From positions 8,866 to 72,865 of the forward strand of contig CAYWXS010000012.1 of assembly GCA_964462245.1 (NCBI GenBank): 64,000 nucleotides of DNA, in the 5' to 3' direction. The notes under the pieces were generated by a model, which worked only from the letters and a program-made list of their open reading frames with translations, did no database searches and was not told where the DNA came from. This document shows positions 24,120-33,752 of this stretch, one piece after another; within the stretch, counting starts at the first letter, position 1; every line of letters begins with the position of its first letter. This DNA is from an uncultured Anaerolinea sp. Lineage in GTDB: Bacteria > Chloroflexota > Anaerolineae > Anaerolineales > Villigracilaceae. A program made the position numbers and the translations under genes.

Positions 24120-26534
24120 TTAATAAATCAATGGGTACCTTTTTGGATTAACTTCGTGCATTATGGAGTAAATAGCATCGTAGATGCTTTCTGCATTGGG
24201 TTTGGACCAATAATCTCCATCTGATCCATAAGCTGGGCGGTGAGGAGTACCTGTCAGTGTTTTGGGAGGGGAATCCAGCCAGTTGTAACCAGCTTGTTTT
24301 TCCAGGACTTCTTGCAGCATATATGCACTGGCTCCACCGGGAACATCTTCGTCCACGAAAATAATGCGGTTTGTTTTCCTGAGGGATTCGCTAATTTTGC
24401 CAGGCAGGTCAAATGGTAGCAGGGTTTGTATATCCACAACTTCGGTTTCAATGCCGTCTCTAGAAAGCCTGGCAGCGGCATCGAGCGCGATTCGGCAACA
24501 TGCTCCATAAGTGACCAGGGTTATATCTGTGCCTGAGCGTAGAACTTCGGGCACGCCCAATGCAAGCCTGAACTCACCTATATTGTCAGGCAGGCGTTCC
24601 TTTTGACGATAGCCATTCAAGACTTCAATCATGATTGCGGGTTCATCTGCCTGTAAAAGACAGTTATAAAACCCGGCAGCGTGAGTCATGTCGCGTGGTA
24701 CGAGCAGATGGATCCCGCGAACCAGGCCCAGGATGCCAGACATGGGCGACCCGGAATGCCAGATGCCTTCCAGCCTGTGTCCACGGGTACGAATAATAAC
24801 CGGTGCTTTTTGCCCACCCGCGGTGCGCCAGTGCAGGTTGGCGAGGTCGTCGCTCATCAACTGCAGGGCATACAGCAGGTAATCCAGATATTGGATTTCA
24901 GCAATTGGGCGCAGACCGCGCATAGCCATGCCAATAGCCTGTCCGAGGATGGTGGCTTCACGAATGCCGGTATCGCTGATGCGCAGCTGCCCGAACTTTT
25001 CCTGAAGACCTCTGAAACCCTGATTGACATCTCCCAGTTGGCCCACATCCTCACCAAAGGCAATTATGCGTGGGTCACGGCTGATGGCGGCATCGAAACA
25101 GGCATTCAGGATTTCAAAGCCCATCAGGTTAGGTGAAGATGGTGTATAGATGGGTGCAACTTCTGGTACCTTTAGTGCTGTGCCAGTTTGAAGATGTGAT
25201 CCAAAACGTTGCTCGTTGGTAGCCTGGTCTGAGATTTTCCAGTTTTTTAGTTTGTCATAGATATGATCAGGATCATTGCGCACGGTGCGTAGCACTTCGT
25301 GTGCAGCGATGTGCAGATCGCGCCGGATTGGATTGGGGATGGTGAAGAGTCCATTGCGAATTCGCGCAAGGGCGGTAGCCTGGCTGGAGCTTGGTACCAG
25401 ATCATCAAAAATATCCAACAACTGTTTGCGTTCGGTCAAAATGGGCGTGATATATGCCTCCCATGCGGTTTTACGTGCAGTTTCGACTACTTCCCGGTCC
25501 TCATTTTCCCAGTACGACAGCTCATCTTCATTTGCAATTCCATTTGTAATGATCCAGGTCTTCATTTTGAGCAGGCAATCAAATTCTTGCTCCCACTTTA
25601 GGCGTTCTGCAGGTTTATATCTTTCATGTGAACCGGATGTACTATGACCCTGCGGTTGCGTGCTCTCTGTTACATGGATTAGGGAGGGTATATGATATTC
25701 TCGCGCTGTTTCAGCAGCAGCTGCAAAGGTTTGTAGCAAAGCCGGGTAATCCCAGGCATGCACACTATAGCAATCGTAACCACGTTCTGCCAATTCTGCT
25801 GGCAAGGACGCATCCCTTTCGAAACCGCGTAGAATTTCACCAATATTTTCTTTAACCATCTGAAACCGGTTAGGTACAGATATGCCATAACCGTCATCGT
25901 AAATTGTAATCACCGCAGGTGACTTTAGCACACCGATTGCATTGACCGATTCCCAGAACAAGCCTTCCGAAGTGGAAGCGTTACCGATCGAAACCCAGGT
26001 AATTTCGTTGCCAATATTTGAAAATAAGCTTTGGTTTGATAACTCAGGGATTTGCCGGTAAAGTCGGGATGCGTAGGCAAGCCCGACTGCGCGAGGCATT
26101 TGTCCTGCAGTTGGGGAGATGTCTGCAGCAATGTTATGCATTTCAGTTTGATTACGCCAGGAGCCATCCGGATTGAGAAATCGCGAAGCAAAATGCCCGT
26201 TCATGGCTCTCCCGCCTGTGGCAGGTTCATGGTTGATATCTGTGTCTGCGAAAAGTTGTGCAAAAAAATCAACCAGGCTGATCACTCCCAGTGATAACAT
26301 CCAGGTTTGGTCACGATAATAACCCGAGCGCCAATCTCCTTTTTTGAAAGCACGAGCGATTGCCAATTGGGCGACTTCTTTACCGTCTCCAAAAATTCCA
26401 AATTTAGCTCTTCCACTTAGAACCTCACGCCGACCGATGATGGATGCCTGGCGTGATTGGTATGCAATCCGATAATCTTTTATTATTTCGATGTTTGGAA
26501 GTAAAAAAACATCGGAGGACTTTTGTCGGGGCAT
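24120..26534 (-). CDS. Fused E1 alpha-beta thiamine-diphosphate-dependent 2-oxoacid dehydrogenase component
   Basis: 804 aa. The N-terminal half is E1-alpha-like. The C-terminal half is E1-beta/transketolase-like (RISDTGIREATILGQAIGMAMRGLRPIAEIQYLDYL). It is the first gene of the E1-E2-...-E3 operon. Confidence 0.85.
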   Translation of the reverse strand: MPRQKSSDVFLLPNIEIIKDYRIAYQSRQASIIGRREVLSGRAKFGIFGDGKEVAQLAIARAFKKGDWRSGYYRDQTWMLSLGVISLVDFFAQLFADTDINHEPATGGRAMNGHFASRFLNPDGSWRNQTEMHNIAADISPTAGQMPRAVGLAYASRLYRQIPELSNQSLFSNIGNEITWVSIGNASTSEGLFWESVNAIGVLKSPAVITIYDDGYGISVPNRFQMVKENIGEILRGFERDASLPAELAERGYDCYSVHAWDYPALLQTFAAAAETAREYHIPSLIHVTESTQPQGHSTSGSHERYKPAERLKWEQEFDCLLKMKTWIITNGIANEDELSYWENEDREVVETARKTAWEAYITPILTERKQLLDIFDDLVPSSSQATALARIRNGLFTIPNPIRRDLHIAAHEVLRTVRNDPDHIYDKLKNWKISDQATNEQRFGSHLQTGTALKVPEVAPIYTPSSPNLMGFEILNACFDAAISRDPRIIAFGEDVGQLGDVNQGFRGLQEKFGQLRISDTGIREATILGQAIGMAMRGLRPIAEIQYLDYLLYALQLMSDDLANLHWRTAGGQKAPVIIRTRGHRLEGIWHSGSPMSGILGLVRGIHLLVPRDMTHAAGFYNCLLQADEPAIMIEVLNGYRQKERLPDNIGEFRLALGVPEVLRSGTDITLVTYGACCRIALDAAARLSRDGIETEVVDIQTLLPFDLPGKISESLRKTNRIIFVDEDVPGGASAYMLQEVLEKQAGYNWLDSPPKTLTGTPHRPAYGSDGDYWSKPNAESIYDAIYSIMHEVNPKRYPLIY

Positions 26535-26727
26535 TTGTTCACCTGTTAAATTGGGTAAATATCATCTTATTATACCGAGTTGGAGTGAAAAATACACAGT
26601 GAGATTTTTCTTCATGGAAAAGTCATTATTCTTAATATTTTATGATTTCCCGGTGTTTTAAACTTGTATGACATGCTGAAGATATTTTGTCTGACAAATG
26701 GTGACATAATACATGATGACCATCATA

Positions 26728-26756
26728 TTGACTTTACTTTCCAACTCGTGTAACCT
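26728..26756 (+). promoter_or_regulatory. Candidate promoter (TTGACT-17 nt-TAACCT) upstream of the gdh leader
   Basis: Hexamers at 26728-26733 and 26751-26756, read from the sequence. Confidence 0.35.
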
Positions 26757-26814
26757 TAGAGAGCACGACAAAAGGTCAAAACCCATATGATATACGTGCA
26801 CGACATACTACTCT

Positions 26815-26859
26815 AAAAAAGCGGGCATCCGATCCGGATGCCCGCTTATAGTTTTTTTT
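26815..26859. terminator. Strong bidirectional-type terminator hairpin located 20-60 nt upstream of the gdh start codon
   Basis: AAGCGGGCATCCG (26819-26831) pairs with CGGATGCCCGCTT (26835-26847). It is flanked by A6 on the left and by ATAG plus T8 on the right. Confidence 0.6.
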
Positions 26860-26879
26860 AAACTTATACAGGAGAAAAA

Positions 26880-28166
26880 ATGGCTGGACAAATCAATGCT
26901 TTTGAAATGGCTCAGAAACAGTTTGACGGTGTAGCCAAACTGCTTAATCTGGACCCCCAGATCGCTGAAGTCCTTCGCTGGCCGATGCGTGAATATAGCT
27001 TCCGCATTCCAGTACGTATGGATGATGGTTCCATGCGCGTTTTCCAAGGTTATCGTGTGCAGCACAATGATGCACGCGGTCCAAACAAGGGTGGTATTCG
27101 CTTTCACCCGAACGAGACCTTTGACACGGTTCGTGCCCTGGCTACATGGATGACTTGGAAGTGTGCTGTTGCAGATATTCCTCTAGGCGGTGGTAAAGGT
27201 GGCATTATTGTTGACCCTTCGTCAATTACTACTCCTGAAAAAGAACGCTTGTGCCGTGGTTGGGTACAAAATATGTGGAAGAATATTGGGCCACGCCAGG
27301 ATGTGCCGGCCCCGGATGTTGGAACAACACCCCAGATGATGGGTTGGATGATGGATGAGTATTCCAGACTTAAAGGTGAGTACACTCCTGGTGTCTTTAC
27401 TGGTAAACCTCTGGGTGGTGGTGGTTCTGAAGGTCGTACGGAAGCTACTGGTTATGGCGTAATTTATACAGTCCGCGAAGCCATGAAGTATCTTAAACTG
27501 GATCCTTCCAAGTCTGTTGCAGCACTTGAGGGGTTTGGCAATGTTTCACAATATGCTGCCATTGGTTTTGTTGAGATGTTGGGTGGCAAAATTGCCTGCG
27601 TTTCCTGCTGGGATCGTAACGATAAAACATCCTATACTTACAGTCACAAAGATGGCGTCAACCCGCGTTTTCTTTTGACCATTGTGGATCAATACGGCAC
27701 GATCGACCAGAAAAAAGCCAAGGAAGCCGGCTACGTTATGGAAGATGGCGAAAAGTGGATCGAGAAGGAATGCGATGTGCTCATCCCAGCTGCCATTGAA
27801 GGTCACGTGAATGGCGATACCGTCAAGCAAATGTCGAGTAGGGTCAAGATTGTGGCAGAAGGTGCCAATGGTCCGTGTACTCCAGAAGCTGACGATTACT
27901 TTAAGAAGAATGATATTTTTAATATTCCTGACTTCTTGTGTAACGCTGGTGGTGTAACAACTTCGTACTTTGAATCTGTCCAGAATGATATGAATTTCTA
28001 TTGGACAAAGCACGAAGTACTTGAAAAACTTGATATCAAGATGACCAGCGCTTTCCATGCTGTGCTTGATATGAGTTTGAAAGAAAAAGTTTACATGCGC
28101 GATGCAGCTTATATGGTTGCAATCGATCGTGTAGTAAAGGCCATGCAATTGCGCGGCTGGATATAA
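26880..28166 (+). CDS. gdhA: Glutamate dehydrogenase (Glu/Leu/Phe/Val dehydrogenase family)
   Basis: KGGIRFHP and PLGGGKGG motifs, 428 aa. AGGAG lies upstream of the start. Confidence 0.9.
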   Translation: MAGQINAFEMAQKQFDGVAKLLNLDPQIAEVLRWPMREYSFRIPVRMDDGSMRVFQGYRVQHNDARGPNKGGIRFHPNETFDTVRALATWMTWKCAVADIPLGGGKGGIIVDPSSITTPEKERLCRGWVQNMWKNIGPRQDVPAPDVGTTPQMMGWMMDEYSRLKGEYTPGVFTGKPLGGGGSEGRTEATGYGVIYTVREAMKYLKLDPSKSVAALEGFGNVSQYAAIGFVEMLGGKIACVSCWDRNDKTSYTYSHKDGVNPRFLLTIVDQYGTIDQKKAKEAGYVMEDGEKWIEKECDVLIPAAIEGHVNGDTVKQMSSRVKIVAEGANGPCTPEADDYFKKNDIFNIPDFLCNAGGVTTSYFESVQNDMNFYWTKHEVLEKLDIKMTSAFHAVLDMSLKEKVYMRDAAYMVAIDRVVKAMQLRGWI

Positions 28167-28189
28167 ATTCCAAATAAATTTTGAAAGTA

Positions 28190-28225
28190 AAAAAGACTGG
28201 CAGTTCAAGCTGTCAGTCTTTTTTA
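28190..28225 (+). terminator. Intrinsic terminator after gdh
   Basis: GACTGGCAG-ttcaag-CTGTCAGTC (one mismatch), followed by a T-run. Confidence 0.75.
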
Positions 28226-28282
28226 CTTTTTAAGTTGGTTAATGGCTTTAAATGAACCCCTTGGTTGTGTTAGAATCTTTTA

Positions 28283-28963
28283 ATGGCACTTATGAATAAA
28301 AATCCCATTCTTTTACTGGCTTCTAATTCTCCACGCCGCAGGCAGCTTCTGGCTCTTGGTGGCTGGGCTTTTGACGTGGATGTATCCAATATTGATGAAA
28401 CCCTCATACCGGGTGAGATCCCTGTAGATTATGTGCGCCGTTTAGCAGGGGAAAAAGCCAGGGCTGTTTTGTCTCGTGCCCGGCAGGAGCATGTTATTGT
28501 TGGCTCTGATACGGTGGTGGTAATTGATGGAGATGTGTTGGGCAAACCGGCGAGTACTCAGGAAGCACGCCAAATGCTCGAGCGCTTGCGTGGCACCACC
28601 CATCAAGTCTACACAGCTATTGCGGTTTTAAGAGTCTCTGATAAAAATCTGTGGACGGATGTTATCTTGACAAATGTGCCCATGCGATCTTATTCCAACG
28701 ATGAAATTGAGCGCTATATCCAATCCGGTGATCCGATGGACAAGGCAGGCGCTTACGGTATCCAGAATCCTGTATTCCAACCAGTCGCTTCCATGGAAGG
28801 TTGTTATGCTTCGGTTATGGGGTTGCCATTGTGTAGCCTTGGTAACTTGCTGCGCCAGATAAAAATAGATCCCCATGCGGATTTAGCCCGGAATTGTCAG
28901 CTCACGATTAATTATCAGTGCCCGGTTTTTCAAAAATATCTGGGTGGCGAACTTTATCGATAA
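28283..28963 (+). CDS. maf: Maf-family nucleoside triphosphate pyrophosphatase with C-terminal Cys-containing extension
   Basis: LLASNSPRRRQLL, GSDTVVVIDG and KAGAYGIQ motifs. About 35 extra C-terminal residues are present. Confidence 0.85.
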   Translation: MALMNKNPILLLASNSPRRRQLLALGGWAFDVDVSNIDETLIPGEIPVDYVRRLAGEKARAVLSRARQEHVIVGSDTVVVIDGDVLGKPASTQEARQMLERLRGTTHQVYTAIAVLRVSDKNLWTDVILTNVPMRSYSNDEIERYIQSGDPMDKAGAYGIQNPVFQPVASMEGCYASVMGLPLCSLGNLLRQIKIDPHADLARNCQLTINYQCPVFQKYLGGELYR

Positions 28964-28973
28964 GGTGAAATGT

Positions 28974-31205
28974 ATGAAATTCTATCGGTTTTTTAGTCTG
29001 ATCCTTGGGATGGTATTGTTAGTTGGTTGTGTTGGACAGAGTGGAACTGAGGCAGCTAATGCTGCCGATACTCCCACCAATGCCCCTACACTTCCAGCAC
29101 CTGTAATACACGTCACACTGGGACCAGACCCGCTCATCATCGTTCAGAAATTTCTAGATGGTTGGAAAAAAGATGACTATCCACTGATGTATCCATTGAT
29201 CACCGAAGACAGCCAGAAAAATATTTCAGCGGATGATTTTGCGGCAAGATATCGTAATGCGATGGATGCAATGACCTTGCAGGAATTTTCCTATCAAATT
29301 ACGCCTGGTGCTATAAATGCAGAAACGGCCAGTATTAATATTCATATGGATTTCAAAACCTTCATGGCTGGTGATTTAGCGCGGGACATGGTTGCTAATC
29401 TCAGGTTGGAGAATGGTTATTGGCGAATAGATTGGAATGATGGTTTGGTAATGCCCGATTTAAAGGGTGGAAACCAAATTAAGATGGATTTTAATGTCCC
29501 CAATCGGGGAAATATTTATGATCGGAAAAATAACCTGATTGTGTCACAAACAGATGTTATGTCGCTGGGCATCATTCCCACTCAGCTTGACCTTAATACT
29601 GAAACTGCAATGCTCATTGAAGTAGCTCGATTGACGGGTATATATCCAGGTCAAATTAAAGCGTTATATGATAATAAACGGGATACCGATTGGTATATTC
29701 CAGTTGGAGAGGCTGCCTTAAGTGAAATTAATCGCCTGGCTGGATTGGGCGGGGTGGTGATGAGTCAATACAATTCACGGTTTTATGTTCAAGGCGGAGT
29801 AGCCCCGCAATCGGTTGGTTATGTTGCTCCGGTTCCCAAGGAACAGCTTGGACAATATTTGCGAAGTGGTTATTCAATGAACGCGCATGTGGGTCAGACA
29901 GGGATTGAGAAATGGGCGGAAAAGTACTTGTCTGGTAAAACAGGTGGAACCTTGTACTTGGTAGACAAAGACGGTAAGGTGATTTCTACGCTGGCTAGTT
30001 CCAAATCTGAGCCATCGTCGGCTGTGACTCTAACCCTGGATGAGAATTTGCAAGTTCAGATTCAGAAAGCCCTTAGTGGTTTCCGTGGTTCGATTGTAGT
30101 TATTGAGCGTGATACTGGTCGTGTATTGGCTATGGCATCTTCTCCCAAATATGACCCCAACCTTTTTGATCCTAATAATACCAACAGTGGGTATGTTTTG
30201 GGCAATTTGCTTAGCGACCCGGAAACTCCATTACTGGATCGATCAGTTCAAGGACGATATCCGCTTGGTTCTATATTTAAGGTGATCACATTTTCTGCCG
30301 CGCTTGAAAGCGGTACTTATACCCCCGAAACCCAATATACTTGTGGTTATCATTTTACTGAGTTGGGAGACCGGGTTCTAGATGACTGGACCTGGCAACA
30401 TTTCCAGGATGAATTACTCTCGACTGGTGAGGGTCATACCCAACCATCCGGGGACCTTGATCTTACTGGAGCATTGATGCGTTCCTGTAACCCATATTTC
30501 TGGCACATTGGTCTCGACCTGTATAACCAGGGTAGGGTAACTGCGATTGCAGATATGGCGCGTGGTTTTGGCCTGGGTTCGCCGACCGGTATTGGCCAAT
30601 TGGACGAAGCCGCGGGTACCATCATAAATCCACCCAGTTTACTGGATGCTGTTAATCAGGCGATCGGTCAGGGAGATGTATTGGTAACTCCTTTACAGGT
30701 AGCCGATTTTATGGCAGCCATTGGTAATGGCGGTACGCTTTACCGACCGCAGATGGTTGAAAAGATAACAAATTCTGAAGGTGTGGAAACTATCATATTT
30801 AAACCCGAGGCACGCGGTGTTCTTCCTATCCGGCCAGAAACCCTGGCAGCTCTGCGGACAGCCATGTTATCTGTGATTCGTAATAAGCGTGGAACTGCTT
30901 ATCAACGCTTTACTAATATTAGTATTCCCATCTATGGTAAAACAGGTACGGCTGAAACCAGTACGGGGGTACCGCACGCCTGGTTTGCTGGTTATACTGA
31001 TGCAAACAACCCGTCCATCCCCGATATCGCTATTGCTGTAGTGGCTGAAAATGGTGGGGAGGGTTCAGTTATCGCGGCTCCTATGTTTAAGCGCGTTGTC
31101 GAAACTTACTTTTTTGGAGAACCTCGCAGTCCATTCTGGTGGGAATCGAGTTTTGGTATGACACGTACACCAACACCCCCAGTTACCGAAACCCCTACGC
31201 CGTGA
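28974..31205 (+). CDS. Class B penicillin-binding protein (transpeptidase) lipoprotein with NTF2-like N-terminal domain
   Basis: Lipobox LLVGC. Motifs SxxK (GSIFKV), SxN (RSCNPYF) and KTG (GKTGTAE). AAGGTGA precedes the ATG at 28974. The track start at 28944 overlaps maf. Confidence 0.88.
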   Translation: MKFYRFFSLILGMVLLVGCVGQSGTEAANAADTPTNAPTLPAPVIHVTLGPDPLIIVQKFLDGWKKDDYPLMYPLITEDSQKNISADDFAARYRNAMDAMTLQEFSYQITPGAINAETASINIHMDFKTFMAGDLARDMVANLRLENGYWRIDWNDGLVMPDLKGGNQIKMDFNVPNRGNIYDRKNNLIVSQTDVMSLGIIPTQLDLNTETAMLIEVARLTGIYPGQIKALYDNKRDTDWYIPVGEAALSEINRLAGLGGVVMSQYNSRFYVQGGVAPQSVGYVAPVPKEQLGQYLRSGYSMNAHVGQTGIEKWAEKYLSGKTGGTLYLVDKDGKVISTLASSKSEPSSAVTLTLDENLQVQIQKALSGFRGSIVVIERDTGRVLAMASSPKYDPNLFDPNNTNSGYVLGNLLSDPETPLLDRSVQGRYPLGSIFKVITFSAALESGTYTPETQYTCGYHFTELGDRVLDDWTWQHFQDELLSTGEGHTQPSGDLDLTGALMRSCNPYFWHIGLDLYNQGRVTAIADMARGFGLGSPTGIGQLDEAAGTIINPPSLLDAVNQAIGQGDVLVTPLQVADFMAAIGNGGTLYRPQMVEKITNSEGVETIIFKPEARGVLPIRPETLAALRTAMLSVIRNKRGTAYQRFTNISIPIYGKTGTAETSTGVPHAWFAGYTDANNPSIPDIAIAVVAENGGEGSVIAAPMFKRVVETYFFGEPRSPFWWESSFGMTRTPTPPVTETPTP

Positions 31206-31210
31206 TCAGC

Positions 31211-31250
31211 AAAGTACCATGCGTTTGAAAGCGCATGGTACTTTAATAAT
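31211..31250 (+). terminator. Intrinsic terminator after the PBP gene
   Basis: AAAGTACCATGCG (31211-31223) pairs with CGCATGGTACTTT (31232-31244), followed by an A/T-rich tail. Confidence 0.75.
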
Positions 31251-31294
31251 TCAGGAACTTCAGCTTTTACTTCAGTCTTTAAAGGAAAAAATAT

Positions 31295-32221
31295 TTGGAT
31301 ACGTCTGTTTCGAGTTTTTCCACAGGTCTCATTATTAGGGCTCAATCAGGTTTTTTCTTTGTATTAATTGATGGTCAGGATCAGCCAGTTACCTGTCAGC
31401 TTCGTGGAAGATTAAAACAGGGTCGTAGGGAAAGCGATATTGCTGCGGTTGGGGATCGGGTAAACTTTACGTTGTTGGACGATGGTTCTGGCTCTATCGA
31501 AGATATCCTGCCTCGCAAGAGTGCGATCGTTCGCCTGGATCCCCGCCCCCAGGGAGACTATCGTCAAATATTGCTTGCCAATCCAGATCAGGCTGTTTTT
31601 GTTTTTGCCTGTGCCAACCCGGAACCGCGTATGCGCATGTTGGATCGCTTCCTTGTGATTGCTGAAAAGCAGAATGTACCGGCGGTAATTGTAGCCAATA
31701 AAGTGGATATCATTGGAATTGAAGCCGCCAAATCTAAGTTTGGGTTTTATCCCGATTTGGGTTACCGGGTAATTTATACCTCGGCTCGGGAGAATATAGG
31801 CTTGGAAGAGTTTAGAGAAATTCTTACTGGTAAATTATCCGCCCTGGCTGGTCCGTCAGGCGTGGGTAAATCCAGTTTGATGAATGCTTTGCAACCTGGG
31901 CTGGGGATTGCGGTAGGTGAGATCAGTACCTATAATGATAAAGGAAAGCACACCACCAATTTTCGGCAGTTGCACGCCCTGGAGCAAGGTGGTTGGGTGG
32001 CGGATGCCCCTGGTTGGAAGTCACTGGCTTTGTGGGATACACAGCCGGAGGAGATGGATGCATATTTTCCTGAATTGACAACGCTGGTCCAGGATTGTCA
32101 ATTCAGTGATTGCAGTCATATCCATGAACCGGGTTGTGCAGTTCTGGCAGCAGTAAAAAATGGCACAGTGCGTCCTGAACGATATGACTCATATCTGCGT
32201 CTCAAAGCCGGGCAGGAATAA
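31295..32221 (+). CDS. rsgA: Ribosome small-subunit-dependent GTPase A
   Basis: OB-fold N-terminus, P-loop GPSGVGKSSLMNAL, and zinc motif CQFSDCSHIHEPGCAV. The TTG start is uncertain. Confidence 0.88.
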   Translation: MDTSVSSFSTGLIIRAQSGFFFVLIDGQDQPVTCQLRGRLKQGRRESDIAAVGDRVNFTLLDDGSGSIEDILPRKSAIVRLDPRPQGDYRQILLANPDQAVFVFACANPEPRMRMLDRFLVIAEKQNVPAVIVANKVDIIGIEAAKSKFGFYPDLGYRVIYTSARENIGLEEFREILTGKLSALAGPSGVGKSSLMNALQPGLGIAVGEISTYNDKGKHTTNFRQLHALEQGGWVADAPGWKSLALWDTQPEEMDAYFPELTTLVQDCQFSDCSHIHEPGCAVLAAVKNGTVRPERYDSYLRLKAGQE

Positions 32222-32276
32222 CTTTGAGTGACCGCAGGTTGCCATTCAGTAAACATATTGTGTTAAAGGTTTAGCA

Positions 32277-33275
32277 ATGAATACTTGGGAAGTTTCTGGA
32301 CATGATTGGGCGGTTGAGATGCTGCAGAAGCAGGTTCTAACGGACAGCCTGCGCCATGCCTATCTGCTGACCGGCCCAGCGGGAGTTGGTCGGCGGACAT
32401 TGGCTGTCAGATTGGCACAAGCCATTAATTGTGCATCTCCATTGGCGCCAGCTGTTCCTTGCCGTATATGCCGTACGTGCAGACAGATCGAATCTGAGCA
32501 ACACCCTGACTTGATGGTGATCCGTAAGCCTGAGGATAAGAAGGACATCCCGGTTGATAAGATCCGCGAATTGGGGAAATTCTTTTCTCTCAAGCCGTAT
32601 ATGTCACCCTACAAAATTGTTATCATTCTCAATTTTGAAGATGCTAATGCAAGTTCGCAAAATGCATTATTAAAAACGCTCGAAGAAGCCCCATCTTTTG
32701 GAGTTATATTATTGACAGCTGGTAATGCGGAACAACTCTTGCCTACTATTGCATCTCGATGTGAGATTTTACGTATGCGACCGCTGCGGGTTGAGTCTGT
32801 GAAGGATTTTTTGAGAGCCCAGGGTGTAGAGGTGGACCAAGCGAATTTCCTTTCCCATCTTTCTGATGGCCGGCCCGGGTATGCGATGCAACTTTTGGAT
32901 GATCATAAAACACTTGCTTTTCGCTCAGAGAAGTTGGACGATTTACATCGATTATTGTCTGCCAAGCTGCGTGATCGTATCCATTATTCTGAAAAACTGG
33001 TCAAGGACAAGGATGCTTTTCGTCAGACACTTTTTATCTGGTTATCATATTGGCGGGATGTTATGTTGAAGGCTTCTGGTGCCCAGGTTGAACTTACCAA
33101 TAGTGACCGGGTCGAGGAAATTGAAAATCTGGCCTATGCACTGGATCGCGTTCGGGCATATGCAGTTACCGACGGATTGGAACAGGCTATTGACCGATTG
33201 GATCGAAATGTAAATACACGATTGTTGGCTGAAGTAACCCTGATGGATTGGCCCAGGGTGGAATTTACCAAATGA
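32277..33275 (+). CDS. holB: DNA polymerase III delta-prime subunit
   Basis: AYLLTGPAGVGRRTLA and the zinc module CRICRTCRQIES, 332 aa. Confidence 0.85.
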   Translation: MNTWEVSGHDWAVEMLQKQVLTDSLRHAYLLTGPAGVGRRTLAVRLAQAINCASPLAPAVPCRICRTCRQIESEQHPDLMVIRKPEDKKDIPVDKIRELGKFFSLKPYMSPYKIVIILNFEDANASSQNALLKTLEEAPSFGVILLTAGNAEQLLPTIASRCEILRMRPLRVESVKDFLRAQGVEVDQANFLSHLSDGRPGYAMQLLDDHKTLAFRSEKLDDLHRLLSAKLRDRIHYSEKLVKDKDAFRQTLFIWLSYWRDVMLKASGAQVELTNSDRVEEIENLAYALDRVRAYAVTDGLEQAIDRLDRNVNTRLLAEVTLMDWPRVEFTK

Positions 33276-33736
33276 ATAAAAGTGTTCAGATGTATTGGCG
33301 GCAATTTCAAGACAGTCTACTGGAAAGGTCACCATACCGGTCCGAAATATTTACAGCCGAGGCTTGGGGGGATGGGGTGGAGATGGCCGATGAACTTGGC
33401 GCATTGATTGCTGCCGGGACCAAGACTGCCACATGTTCTGCTGTTTGGGAGTGGCAGGCCGAAGGGCAGGCGTGGCCTGTGCCGGGTGCGTTAACTGTAG
33501 TATTGAATGGCCATCAGCAGCCCCTGTGTATCATCGAAACCACCCAGGTGACAATCTCGAATTTTGATGAAGTGGATGCAGATTTTGCTTTTGAAGAAGG
33601 TGAAGGGGATCGATCGCTGACATATTGGCGTGAAGTCCATCGTAAATTTTTTGCGAACAGTCTGATTAAAATCGGCAGGCAGTTTTCAGAAGACATGCCC
33701 CTGGTCTGTGAGCGTTTTAGACTGTTAACTGTTTAA
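33272..33736 (+). CDS. ASCH (PUA-like) domain protein
   Basis: AWGDG...ADELGALIAAGTKTATCS...FAFEEGEGDRSLTYWREVHRKFF matches the ASCH pattern. The ATG at 33272 overlaps the holB stop (ATGA). Confidence 0.7.
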   Translation: MNKSVQMYWRQFQDSLLERSPYRSEIFTAEAWGDGVEMADELGALIAAGTKTATCSAVWEWQAEGQAWPVPGALTVVLNGHQQPLCIIETTQVTISNFDEVDADFAFEEGEGDRSLTYWREVHRKFFANSLIKIGRQFSEDMPLVCERFRLLTV

Positions 33737-33752
33737 ATTTTGAGAGGTTACC

